A DNA stretch of 64,000 bases from Octopus sinensis. Lineage: Eukaryota. Below, piece after piece: positions 24,635 through 38,320 of the stretch (position 1 is its first letter; each line of letters opens with the position of its first letter). A program made the position numbers and the translations under genes. Under the pieces are notes generated by a model that searched no databases, was not told the origin of the DNA, and was given only the letters and a program-made list of their open reading frames with translations. The stretch is taken from the NCBI RefSeq assembly GCF_006345805.1, contig NC_043006.1:88970001-89034000 (forward strand), in the 5' to 3' direction.

Positions 24635-24944
24635 CTATCTATATATATATATATATATATATATCTTTATACATATATATGTGCGTATGTATACATGTAT
24701 ACATATATATATATATCTGAATGCATAGATGAGTGTGTCTGTATACACGCGCACCCGCACGAAGGGTGAACTCTATCTAAGGAATGCGAGAAGCGAGACC
24801 AATATATGCTGTGAACTATGATTTTACTTTCAATAAGCACTATGCATGGGTATGTATATAGCATGTATGCATATATAAATATAATCATCCTCTGTGCGGG
24901 CGCGCGTGTATACAGACACGCTCACACATGCATTCCTGTACACA

Positions 24945-25011
<67 letters not shown>

Positions 25012-25901
25012 CATAGGTATGTGTGGGTATATATGTGTAGTATGTAAATACCTCTACACATATACACATAGAGATACGTGTGTGCGTATATGTTTCATCG
25101 AAATATCATTATTTACCATGTATCCAGTGATTTTGAAACTAATATTGAGCCAAGGTGTGAAGTAAACACAAAACAAGCTGTACAAGATGTTGGTGCTGTA
25201 ATAATATCATGATTTATTGTAGCATCATATGTTCCAGCTCTATTATTTCGCTTATTTAATAAAGAAGAAACAATATTGTGATTAAACACTGATCAATGAA
25301 ATAACAAGTCTTAGGTAAATATGTCCATCTTCACAAATTAAACACAGTGTTCATTTCATACCATTACTGTTACACTATATTATGTATATATACATATATT
25401 TATTCACACATATATATATTTATATGTTTGTGTTTGTATATATATATATGTGTGTGCGTGTGTGTATATATGTATATATATATGTGTATGTGTGTATGTA
25501 TATATTATGTACGTATGTATATGTGTGCATATGTATGCTCATACACAGATGTATAGGAGACTGTGGGTGCTGAGTGTACGTGAATGTATATGTATGTGTG
25601 TGTTCGTATGTGCACGCGTGCGTGCGTGTGTACAAGTATATACGCATGTACATGGATGTAAACCTACGTAGTAGGCAAACAAGCATGTCAAATTTACATA
25701 TTTCTCCATAGATTGTAAAAAGTTATGAAGAGCCTTAATCGATTCCCTGCTCTCGTTGGGGGTCACATCAGATACCAACAGCAGAGAAGCAAAGTAATCA
25801 ATCCGTTTATACACACATCGAATCTTGTACTTCCAGAGAAATTGAATCTCCAGTAAGCGCGCACGCATTCACACACAACATGTATGTGTATATGTATGTA
25901 T

Positions 25902-25957
<56 letters not shown>

Positions 25958-26169
25958 TATATAACGGTTTTGTGCTTTTCTGTTGTCAACAGCTTTTTTC
26001 TGGCTCCTTCAGTCCTGGCTCTTTAGTTCACTGACAAATTTTGCTTCAACTCGTACAATTCTTTATTTTCCGTAAAAATTTCTTATTTACTTTCTGCACG
26101 TCGTATTAAGAAATATAATTTCCGTTACCCAGTTATTTTCATTGTTTACTATCTTCTGCACCCATGTAC

Positions 26170-26207
<38 letters not shown>

Positions 26208-26209
26208 CC

Positions 26210-26545
26210 ATGCCTAGAAGGAAACTGTTGAATTTGTCAACAATGTCAAGGTCAGCCAAAAGAATGTCTCTGTCCAGGGAAGGAGAGACAGCTGCAGATA
26301 GGGAAGCATACCAAGAAACGAACAGAATGTGCACTACAAAAGCCAGAGCATCTCAAAGTGATGAACAGACGTATGCACGGCTGACAAGGAATAGGGTCTC
26401 TACTGCAGAACGAAGAGCAGTTGCAACAGCTCAGAGAAGCAACTTCTATGAAGCAGCTTTTAATTATGATCCAGGAGTTCATTATGCAAATGACACTAGA
26501 GTTTCCATTGGTACATTGATAAATGAGTTTATACATTGTAAATCG
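26210..26545 (+). pseudogene. Helitron Rep-helicase N-terminal fragment
   Basis: Arg/Glu-rich STPR-like repeats (ETAADREA..RASQSDEQTYARL) followed by AFNYDP..Y..V.IG....IHC, typical of animal Helitron ORF N-termini; truncated. Confidence 0.65.
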
Positions 26546-26609
26546 ACCCGTCCAGCTGAAACCGGGAAACCGGGCCCATGAGCCTGGCTAGGCTTGAAAA
26601 GGGCGCATA

Positions 26610-26697
<88 letters not shown>

Positions 26698-26715
26698 CAT
26701 ATGTGAATGTATGTA

Positions 26716-26831
26716 TTATCGAGTTAGAAAACAGAGAGATCTAATGGATACAACTTAATTTATTAATTAGTTAATATATTCACCTGCAATTGTTTCATTT
26801 CATAAACAAAATCAAAATTACAAAACATATA

Positions 26832-26883
<52 letters not shown>

Positions 26884-27118
26884 CATTTTAAATACCATGC
26901 CTATATATTCTGAGTATTCCAAACGTATTCTAATGTAATCCTTATTGTCCTTTATATACCCTGATGATTTTCCATACAAATTATTTAAAATGCAAAATTA
27001 TGTATTTATATGTGTTTTGTAATTTTAACTTTGTGAAATTAAGCAATTCTGGGTAAATATATTGATTAATTAATAAATTAGTTTGTATCCATTAGATCTC
27101 CGTTTTCTAACTCGATAA
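26716..27118. repeat. Diverged ~110-bp inverted repeat around (TA)n, Penelope pLTR-like
   Basis: TATCGAGTTAGAAAAC..AGATCTAATGGATACAA versus TTGTATCCATTAGATCT..GTTTTCTAACTCGATA. Confidence 0.75.
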
Positions 27119-27399
27119 CAATGTTGATATTTTACGATATTTTATTTAATATATTCATTGAAGAAATATCTCTTCAAAATAAATATATTAAATCAGTGTA
27201 TCTTGGATAAAAATATCCCTCTAAGAGGTTCAAATATCCTCATTGTGACTATATATATATACATATACATATACATAGATACAGTAACATCTCAGAAGTA
27301 AAACGAGAGACATTTTTGAAGGATTTATTTCTCCTTTCTCCTTTAGGAACTAAAGAAGTTTCTTTCTAGCTCTTCTGCCTAGTAGCTATGTTGATGGAG

Positions 27400-27760
27400 A
27401 TACCTCACAGACTCATTTCAACACATTTGAAGCTTTTCTGCTACATAATCTTCCCAACAACGGGAATTACTTTCAACAATCCGTTTGACAAGCGAGACTC
27501 CTGTCAGAGGACACAAGTCGAACTAAACGGAGTGTTGTTAATTCCTTTTCTTTGCTTGTGAAATGCACAGTGTGTGCATTTGACTGTGACAAGACGAATT
27601 CCAAAGTTTTGTGCTATCTTACACTGGTTAAGGTTCACCCTCAAATTTGTTCCCCCACCCTCAATACGCCCTCTGTGAAAATCAGATAGCTCTTTTGCTT
27701 CTGGTTTTCGTAACATGGCTAGTTGCAATAAACAATTAATATACTGTAATCTGAAATGAA
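27400..27760 (-). mobile_element. Tc1-like transposase N-terminal remnant
   Basis: AKELSDFHRGRI ... IAQNFGIRLVTV is a paired-like HTH start typical of Tc1. Confidence 0.55.
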
Positions 27761-28011
27761 ATCTCATAATATATAAAAAAATTTGAAGCACGGTCCGATG
27801 AGGATGTCGATTTCCTTTGGTGATTGTGTGTGTATGCGTGTGTGTGTGTGTGTGTGTGTATGCATGTGTGTGTGTGTGTGTGTGTGCACGCGAGTGTTAT
27901 TGGTGCTATCCTGGATATCTATGTGTACACGTATATGCTTAGATGAGACTGTGTACATATTTGTATGCAGCAAGAAGCACACACGGGCATATATATACAT
28001 ATGTACACACA

Positions 28012-28060
<49 letters not shown>

Positions 28061-28061
<1 letters not shown>

Positions 28062-29602
28062 TAGCATTGAAGACCCGTCGTTGCCGGGCCATAGTGCTAG
28101 TGCATGTATATATGTGTACATATTACATGTACATCTATATATATACATCTACACGTAAAATACAAAATACAATGTTATACCTTGATATCGCTAGTGATAA
28201 CAATACTCAAAATATATAACAGACTAGAATTGTTAGCCCGTCTCTTGTAATTTCGATCAATTGTATCTTGTCCTCCCTCTTGTATAGAAGTGTGGCTACA
28301 ATCCAGCCTACCTCTACTTCTGGGGGGAGGAGCATTTTTAATTTTTATCCGGGACGTCCTACGTCCCAGATATAAAGGTAAAAATAAAATATTTCCACTT
28401 TGCAAGGTTCGAGTCGAGTACTCCCTTGCACGCTCCGTTGACACGAACCTTGCTTCTATTGTGGCGAATTTACCGCCTCTGGTTAGATATCTTTCATAGT
28501 CGCACCAAGACACTTTTCGATAGTACATTCCTCCAGGCGTTCAAATCTTTTTTTTTCTCTATATTGTATGCTTTATAGACAATAGTCTTTTTTTTTCTTT
28601 AATTTTTTATTTCGTTTATTGGTGTTATCCTAGATTCACCGTCTTTGTCGATGATCAATCCGTATTTCTTCCATTTTAATTTCAATGAGTTCGCGCCCGC
28701 CGACGGCTGCAGCGAAATTCATTTTTGGACTTTCTTCTATTGAAGGCATTCTAACGAAAATGCTTCCGTGTAAACGGTGAAAATATTGTCAATTTCCCCA
28801 AACAGGGACACAATTCAATTTTTAAACAATAACCAAAGCTCCTTCTCCCAAAGGGGGAGGGTTACAGTTTACAATTATTTAACAAATGCAACACAACAAT
28901 GTTTCCTTTACGAGGAACCAACAAACGTGATAACAATAGTTAAACAGTTATAATAACAACAAACCTTACGATGAGTCAGAAAGCAGTAAGCAGTTGAAGT
29001 CCTTTATGTATAAGAAATAAAACAAACAGGAGCGGCTCTTCGAGAAAACAGATATTACATACAGCCAAACTTCATATAGATACTTAATGCTAGCTAATTA
29101 GCAGATAATCTAATGTAAAAGTCGTGGTAAAGGGTATTGCACACCTCCATCTGGACTATTCCATTTCTGCACGCTAATTTTATTTTTAATTTATTCCCAT
29201 TCATGTGAAACCACTTATTCAAGTTCAAGTTATTGATGCAATTTTATACCAATTGCTATTTTTACTTTTGTTATGTTACGATTATATTATACTTTAGTTT
29301 GATTTTAATTATTACTTACTACATATAATTCAATTGTTATTATTATTTTTATTGTTAAAGTGAAAGCATCTGATATAAAATAGAGAAATGTTTTTGTTTT
29401 ACTTTTAACATGTAATACTGAAATAGTGGAGAAGATATGATATTGCTATGGGCTCGCTCTAGGCAAGAAGTTGAACATTTTTTTTTGCCCATGAAACTAG
29501 GCATGTGTAAAATTTGAATGAAATTGGTTGTGCAGTTCTCAAGTTTTAGGGAAACAGACAGACAGACAGACAGACACACATTCTCAGTTTTATATAGAGA
29601 GA
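28061..29602 (-). mobile_element. Non-autonomous Helitron, both termini present
   Basis: Minus-strand 5' TCTCTCTATATAAAACTGAGAATGTGTGTCTGTCTG; 3' hairpin CCCGGCAACGACGGG ~10 nt before CTAG; sits between A and T with no TSD. Confidence 0.7.
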
Positions 29603-29621
29603 TATATATGTACGTATGTAT

Positions 29622-29997
29622 GTCATTATTCAGTTTTATTTCAAGATTTCTTGCAAATAGTGAAAGAGCTGGTTCTTGAAGCTAGATCCCAGGCTCCTCC
29701 ATTGGAATTTCAACAACATCAACAGCGAACTTTTGCATGTGTCTGTGTATATGTGCAGTATTTGGAATCCGTGCATGAGCAGATTTGTATATTTTGTTTT
29801 ACATGATAGACTTCTGTAAAATTTTTAAAGATATTTACAGTTCCAGTGATGGCTTAGATGTCTAATCTTCGAACGAATCAGCTTTCTCCTCTCTTTTTTG
29901 AGAAGCCTAATTTTTCAAGATTGGAACTTAGGCAGTGCGTTACACATCCAAGTACCCCAATAATTACAGGTATAAATCTGTACTTGTAATCTACATA
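29622..29997 (-). mobile_element. 3' end of an RLE-type non-LTR retrotransposon
   Basis: Minus strand DYKYRFIPVIIGVLGCVTHCLSSNLEKLGF (PIIIGALG-type C-terminus) followed by a 3' UTR. Confidence 0.6.
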
Positions 29998-30469
29998 ATG
30001 TAAATATTATTAAACCTTGTTAATCAATGATGTAAGGCTGTCAAGTTGACTACCGAGTTGCTTGAAAGTGGTTGCGGATCAGAAGAGTGAGCCAAGGACT
30101 AAGCTGTTCTCTCTCGGCAGCATTGCAGGATCATTTCAGTGAGAATGTCTCCTTAATATACAAAAAAAAACAGGATCATTTCAGTGAGGGTATCACCTTA
30201 ATAAAAACAAAACCCTCAAAATACTCAGAAACTTATGTATCTTCAACTATAATCTGCATATGCGCATTCCGCGATGACGTATGTGTGTACCTGTGTTTAA
30301 GGTAATGTAAATTGAAATACATAAATATATGTAGATTTATGTAAATATGTATCCATGCGTTTTGATATGAGTGCATATATAACCACTAGATATGCAAATA
30401 AATGTATGCTCATTCGCTTCTCTATGCCCGTATTTCCGTATATTTTTATCAAACACATTGGCACACATA

Positions 30470-31051
30470 TAGCATAGAGCGTGTGTATAAATATATGTAT
30501 ATACATCAATATTTATCTCTCTCTGTATATATATGGATAGGCATACATATATAATATGCATATATATATATACGCATAAATATACATATAATATGTATAA
30601 TATGTATTGCCATAAATAAAATGTACATATATAAATATACATATATCAATCTGTATGTACATATACACATACCTTTATATACATATAAATTTATACATAT
30701 ATATATATATATATATATACATACATATATATATATACATATATACATATATAGATACACACATATATATATATAAATATATATACATATACATACATGC
30801 ATATATACATACATATATATATATATAAATATACATACATATACATACATGCATATATACATACATACATACATTTGTATGTATATGTGAGTATACATAA
30901 ATGTCATGTGTGCTTGTGGGAATTGTTGTGTATGATGTTTGTTCCTTATATGTGCTATATTCATTCATATATATTTTAATATATAAATACATGCACACAC
31001 ACACACATACACACACACACACATATATATACATGTATGTGTCTGTGTGTA

Positions 31052-31119
<68 letters not shown>

Positions 31120-31290
31120 TCATATATGCATGTAGGTAGATACAAATATATATGCATGCATACATTATAAAAAAAATAAACTAAAAATAAGTTTATAATT
31201 ATTAAGCTTCAAGATACAACAAGGGACAAATTATTCATTTTACCTAATTAGAGATGTGCGAATAATGAATAGTTTGTTGTTTTAATGCTC

Positions 31291-31343
<53 letters not shown>

Positions 31344-31787
31344 CATACATGCATGCACGCATGCCCATACACATATGTATAGACGCTCACGCACACCTGT
31401 AAGCATACATGCACATTTGCAAATATTAAGTCTTCAGCATTTAAGTGTGTGAAAACACACAAATTTAACCGTACAAATACAATCGTATATGTAAACATTT
31501 ACATGCCGTATATGCGTCGTATGGCGTGTGTGCGTGTGTGTATGTATTTCTGTGTGTATGTATTTCTGTGTGTATGTGTGTGTGTGTGTGTGTGTGTGTA
31601 CATTTATCATGGCTATGCGTGTATTCGTGCGTGTAGCTGTTTGCCTGTGTGTACATACAAATATCCACGCAAATATGCAAGTACGAATAAACACTCACTG
31701 CGTAAATCCTCACATACATGAATACTTACATACACGCATGCATACAAGCGCACATATAAACATAGACACATACACATGTTTGCGTGC

Positions 31788-31837
<50 letters not shown>

Positions 31838-31900
31838 GTGTGTGTGTGTGTGTATGTGTATCTCTGTGTGTGTGTGTACAGATGGATGGATGGATGGATG
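30470..31900. repeat. Compound (TA)/(CA)/(TG)/(TACA) microsatellite field
   Basis: Directly visible; source of many spurious ORFs. Confidence 0.95.
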
Positions 31901-32416
31901 GATCACAGTCAGTTTCGACGATGAAGTTTCAATTGATTATTCCATCATCTACTTAACTAACTGCATATAAGTGGCTGGGTATTCCACAGCTATTTGTACC
32001 TTTAAATAATTCCCAGGCAGATTCGACCTCATGCAAGATAATCTTCCTTTGAATGTTTGAATGTTTGAATTACTGACGAGAATTCTCTCGTCGGGGTTCT
32101 AGTTATTTTCTGTCAACACAATTTCACTCATAAGGCATGAATCGACCGGATGTTAGAAATGCCATGATGTGAGATGAAACCGCGCAGTTGCAAGCCGTTC
32201 GCCTTAACCATTAGACAACACAGTGCATATGCATACATTTATATATATATATAGAGAGAGGAGAGATACAAGGAATATACATATATATTATATATATATA
32301 TATGTGAAATATAATATATATTTATATTATAAATATAATATGTATGTATGTATTATGTATGTATATATATATGTATATATATGTATATGTAAATTTAGAT
32401 ATATGTGTATAGATCT

Positions 32417-32487
<71 letters not shown>

Positions 32488-32489
<2 letters not shown>

Positions 32490-32718
32490 ATATACCAATT
32501 AAGGACTGAACACGAAAAGTGGACAGTCAACATGCTAGATATAGACGTCAAATCGCCATTCTCCACAAAGATTATGTTCTCAAATAAAACTCAGCACAAA
32601 ACCTGAGTTTGTGCTGAGTTTTATTTGAGAACATAACTTTGTGGAGAATGGCGATTTGACGTCTATATCTAGCATGTTGACTGTCCACTTTTCGTTTCAG
32701 TCCTTAATTGGTATATAT
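32488..32718. repeat. Near-perfect palindrome with ~110-bp arms
   Basis: ACCAATTAAGGACTGAA..CTCAGCACAAA is mirrored by TTTGTGCTGAG..TTCAGTCCTTAATTGGT. Confidence 0.9.
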
Positions 32719-33041
32719 AAATATTTTAATCTTCGGATTCTTTTTAATATGCTAGACGACTGGTTTTAATTGACTAATATCAATTTCTACCCTTAATTAA
32801 TTTAATATATATACTCTTTTACTCTTTTACTTGTTTCAGTCATTTGACTGTGGCCATGCTGGAGCACCGCCTTTAGTATATATACATATATACATATAAA
32901 TATACAGATATATATATATCTATAAATACATATATATGTATATGCTTATGCATATATATGTATATATATATATATGTGTGTGTGTGTGTCTATAACAGTA
33001 TAACATATATACACGTACATGCATACAGACAGATAGACAGC

Positions 33042-33083
<42 letters not shown>

Positions 33084-33143
33084 CACCCCCTAAATACATG
33101 ATTACATGCGTACCTACATATATAAATACGTACGTATGCACAC

Positions 33144-33176
<33 letters not shown>

Positions 33177-33738
33177 CATACATACATACATACAAACATA
33201 CATTAACACACATTAGTATACCCCAATAAGCAAATCAACAAAAACATCGCATCCTTCCCGGAGCCAATCACTGATATAATGAAGAGATGTTCCATATTTC
33301 TTCCTATTTTAAACAATGTATATTTAACACGTTTTTCACACTTCAGTCCTAAATTCCTCGATATGTGTTAGTATTGTACATTTTTGAAGAGCACCGTGAG
33401 TAGTATGCTTACTTTAGCAGAAAGTTGTAGTTTATAATTGAATTCTCTATTCTCTTACATCTGCAGAAATTGATTTAATTTCGCATCTATTGCAGCTATG
33501 AATGTTTAAATTGTTTATCACATCTCTCACGGTTAGCGATTATCTATCTTCAGTACATGTGTTGTAGCATATGTGGTAGTTCTAACAACCACTTGTGCTG
33601 CAACTACAGGTGAAGCTTCAGCGTATGTTTTACATATACACATGAGTATATATACAGGCATATATACATGTATATACATACATACATACATACATACATA
33701 CATACATACATACATACATACATACATACATACATACA

Positions 33739-33774
<36 letters not shown>

Positions 33775-33933
33775 TAATGTCTCGTTTCTCTGTTTATTTT
33801 CGTTGTTCGAAAGTTCGAAAGTTCGAAAGTTCGTTTCTATGTTTGTTTTTATGTTTTTGTTTCTCATTGTGTTCAACATTTTTTGATGTCCTGTACCCAT
33901 ATATGCATGTGTATATAATATATATATATATAT

Positions 33934-33982
<49 letters not shown>

Positions 33983-34052
33983 GGTATGTACATATATGTA
34001 TGCATATATGCATATATTGTATACTATTTATATTTATCTATATATATATATC

Positions 34053-34089
<37 letters not shown>

Positions 34090-34307
34090 AATCTTCTTTG
34101 ATGAGGAACACTGGACTTATTGTATTATCTTCATGTGAGTTGTTACCGGTTATACACCCATGACGTTTTCTACATCTAATCTTTAGATACGATTAATATT
34201 ATTATTTCGTAACTCTGGGCTTCCTGAAACAGCTGTCGAGTTAAGAAATTACATATCTTCATATTTTATTACTACCTGTATATATATATATATAATATAA
34301 TATATAT

Positions 34308-34349
<42 letters not shown>

Positions 34350-34521
34350 TGTGTGTGTGTGTGTATCCATGCACATAGGTGAGAATAAGTGTGTATTATG
34401 CATATATACATACGTACCTATATACATATGCGTGTTTATATATACATCCATCCATTCATACATACATACATACTTACATATGTATGTGTGTGTGCGTGCG
34501 CATGTGTGTGTATGTACCCAC

Positions 34522-34960
34522 CTACCCATCCTCACCTATGGACATGAATTTTGGGTAATGTATGAAAGACTGCGATTACAAATACAAGCTGCTGAAATGG
34601 AGGAATGGGGTTCGCTTTAATGAATCTTTGGAGTAACATTACTTGACAGATCTTGTGGATCAGGTAGTCTCCCCATCTGGAGCTGTTACTTCTGTTTATC
34701 GAGAAGTCACTGTTCCTGTACTATGAACATTGTACTATTAACAATTTCGCTCTGAAAGAAACGTAAGGCGAACTCTTCAAACAGTGCCAAGCGGCGGGAG
34801 ACCTAAAGGTAGACCAAGAACAGAAAGGTTGGATAATATCCATAGTTTCAGGAATCTTGTAGGAAATTGCAATGACGGGTGCTTCTGATACGACCTATGG
34901 ATTGTGTGTCTGAGGACTCTACCATCACAACTCTCTCATGAATAGAGGGCTGATAAAATG
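34522..34960 (+). mobile_element. RTE-clade LINE 3' fragment
   Basis: PILTYGHEFWVM..IQAAEM and GRPKGRPRT..LD. Confidence 0.65.
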
Positions 34961-35150
34961 CTGTAAGGATGGATATACATACATATATATATAGAGAGAG
35001 GGGCAATTATGCAGATAAACAAATTGGATACATCAAACATATTAAATATACTAGATATATTAGTTTCGGAGTCTAAGTTTGAATATTTTGGACACTACTA
35101 AATGTCTCTATATGTATATACTACATATAATATTTATAAACAAGCCATAT

Positions 35151-35192
<42 letters not shown>

Positions 35193-35537
35193 GCTGACTC
35201 ACACACACACACACATATACACACACACAAACACACACACATACACACACATACACACACACACATACTCACACATGCTGCTATTCAGTCTGTAATGAAC
35301 TCTCCATCCGTTAGGATGTATTTTGCCCTGAAGAGATTTTTTACCTTTTAAATTCATAATGCAATTTAAATCATAAAATATGAATGAATGTGAGAAACTG
35401 AAACGTACGTAGGCGAATGGAAATTGACTATTATATAAATAAATCGATTTCTGTGTTCACACTCTCTGTTTTCTTTACATTATGTTATCAAAATTATATA
35501 TGTGTGCATATATGTGTGTGTATTTGTGTGTATATAT

Positions 35538-35601
<64 letters not shown>

Positions 35602-35967
35602 GTGCCATGAGCACGTCATATATGAGTTACTACAAAGTGTTGCATCTTTATATAGAGCTTATTACTCTATATGTATTACAGCTTCACTACCACGTGTGTT
35701 ACAACCACAGATGAAGTGACGTCTGAGTGTTAGAGCTACTGTTTATGTCCCTCATAAACGATATGCTTTTCAGATCGGTGGTTCCACGTGCAAAAGACAG
35801 GGAAATAAACAACCTTAATTGAAAGCAAGGATTGACTTCAGGAAGGACATGCAGGACCAGAATACTGTCACATAGTCTCATCCAACCCATACTAGCATAG
35901 AATAACATACCATAAAATCCACAATAATTATGATAGTGATCACGTGTCTGTGCGTGCGTGTGTGTGT

Positions 35968-36035
<68 letters not shown>

Positions 36036-36721
36036 CTGTATGTCTTTCACCGGTGTATATTTTCAAGATATGCAAACAAGGCGAGAAAGAAAGCCAATGA
36101 TAAAAGGAAAGTCGTACGAATATGTTACCGTGAAGATGATGATTTGCATCGCGTTAGACACAAGCTTCTCATTGTCGTCATTATAAAATATAGTGAACCA
36201 GTGACTGATTTATTGCAAGCTTGAATCCTTCAATGCTGTATTATACAAGTTATGTAAAATTATATAAAATAAATAGAATTTGACACATCTGCTGCAGAGT
36301 GGATGGTTGCCAGAGTTACATTCAGGAAGTAGTTAGGTTTAGCTATCATTGAAGCAGGTCTGAGTACCGTACCTGTATAAGTTACGGGTGTTGAAATTGA
36401 AGTCTATACCATTTCTTAGACGGAGATCGATATGATGGAAATAAAATTTCTTGGTCTTGCAAGATTTCTCTCACTTTTTTCCTTCATGTGTTCAGAAGAA
36501 GAATCCTCTATATTTAGAGTGAATGATTAAAACGATCACGTGACTTCACAAGTTTGAGTTTTATTCATTTATTGGACCAGGCCAGAAGAAAGGAAGAAAG
36601 TAAGGCAATTAGTAAAGACCTTACGATTTGTAGAGGTCCTGCTCATCCATTTAGTTATTTTATTGTTTTTTTAATTACACTACGTTCTTTACACGTATAT
36701 ACCAATATTCCACTAAATGTA

Positions 36722-36768
<47 letters not shown>

Positions 36769-36776
36769 ACACACAA

Positions 36777-36814
<38 letters not shown>

Positions 36815-37037
36815 ACACATATATATATATATATAGTCTGGAAAATAACCTTATAGTGTGCTTTCAAAGCTCCTCTCCGGGTGTCGGCTATCGAATTTAT
36901 ATTATACAAAAGGACTTCTTTTACTGGACATACATGTGGAAATCTGCATGTTCGTTTGTTTGTTTGTGTGTGTGTGTGCGTGCGCGGCTGTGTGTATTTG
37001 TGTGTGTCTGTGTAGTCTAGTAACTCACTACCTGTAC

Positions 37038-37096
<59 letters not shown>

Positions 37097-37719
37097 CATA
37101 TATACAACAAAATCCAATACATGTGCATGTACATGCTAGTAACCCATTATACGAATTTAGGACGGATTGCTAAAACATATAGTAGACCGTTATATATAGG
37201 GACAATATTCCACATCTGTCCTAGTCCTATTACTGGAAGATTCAACCAGGTATTAAACCACTTAAACAGTTCAACAGTAATCAAACTACCTCTGAATAGG
37301 GATATTGAATTTGATTGTTTACTCAATACGTATTGCATCCTAGGCAATATTACAAAGTGTCATTGATTTATTATATTACTAATATCTTTTCTGTGAATGA
37401 ACAATCTTATAATATGAATCCAGATTAGATTAAAGCTGACATGATTTGAGTACTGAACTCGGGATTTGCTTTCACGAATTTCATTATCTCTCTGCATAAC
37501 CGAATCCTAATTCAAGCGAAATAGGATTTTGGTATACATATTTGTTGACGAGTTCACAGAACGACAAATACAGGTCTACATTTGGCGATTATTAATTATA
37601 ACAATATTAGCGATTGACTAATATTGTTTGCATCAACGCCTAATTATTTCTAACTAACTTTTTAATTGCCCTTGCATTAAACATGGTAGGTAGTCCATCG
37701 GTGTCCGGTAGTGACAAAG

Positions 37720-38030
37720 CTGTGTTCACTACAATGAGAGCGCATGTGACTCCGTAGTCCAGAGCTGGAAGCCTACAAATACCCATATATGTCAGCAATA
37801 GTCTGTTGACTAGATTGAGGTGGATGCCGTCCTATGACGTCTTTCTCTTGCAGTATCGAGAAGCTGTCACCGGTCCTCTTCGAAGGCAGCTACTGCTCGT
37901 GAAGTGAGAGATCGCCATGCAGATCTGTCTGAGACAGAGGATTCGAGTTCACGTGGTCTAATGCCGCTCCTTTTAAGGTTACTTTTCAAAGTGTCTTTGT
38001 ACATCAGTTTAGGATTTTATCGCCTGCGGG
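37720..38030 (-). mobile_element. RTE/BovB-like LINE 3' remnant
   Basis: Minus strand PKLMYKDTLKSNLK. Confidence 0.45.
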
Positions 38031-38112
38031 AGATTTAAATATGTTAAAACAGATTTACCTACGAACATTGTTAGTGTCACCGTATTTCTAGTTAGCTTTT
38101 TAATTATCTCTG

Positions 38113-38320
38113 CCCTTTTTACACCAAACAGCTTGAGACCGCCCCTGGTTTCGAGATACAAACTTCCTTCAAAACTTTCCAACAAAATTTCACGTTAATT
38201 TATGTTTCAAACACTAGCTTTATAATGACAAAATTATTATCCTAAATTCTTTATTATTTTCGAAATTAATTAAAGGAAATACAATGTATTTCAGTAGAAA
38301 TATGGTAAGTAGGGGGTTAA
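38113..38320. mobile_element. Possible TTAA-targeting (piggyBac-type) MITE
   Basis: Starts CCCTTT and ends GGG|TTAA; TIRs degenerate. Confidence 0.35.

Noticed and set aside
30126-30212. ~44-bp tandem duplication (CAGGATCATTTCAGTGAG x2)
   Set aside because: Simple local duplication with no further structure.
33805-33833. (GTTCGAAA)3 as a heat-shock element
   Set aside because: TTC-GAA spacing is 0 rather than 2, so there is no three-unit nGAAn array; a short tandem repeat.
36050-36560. Possible host exon in unique sequence
   Set aside because: The minus-strand AG..GT candidate I tried has stops in all three frames, and no recognisable domain was seen.
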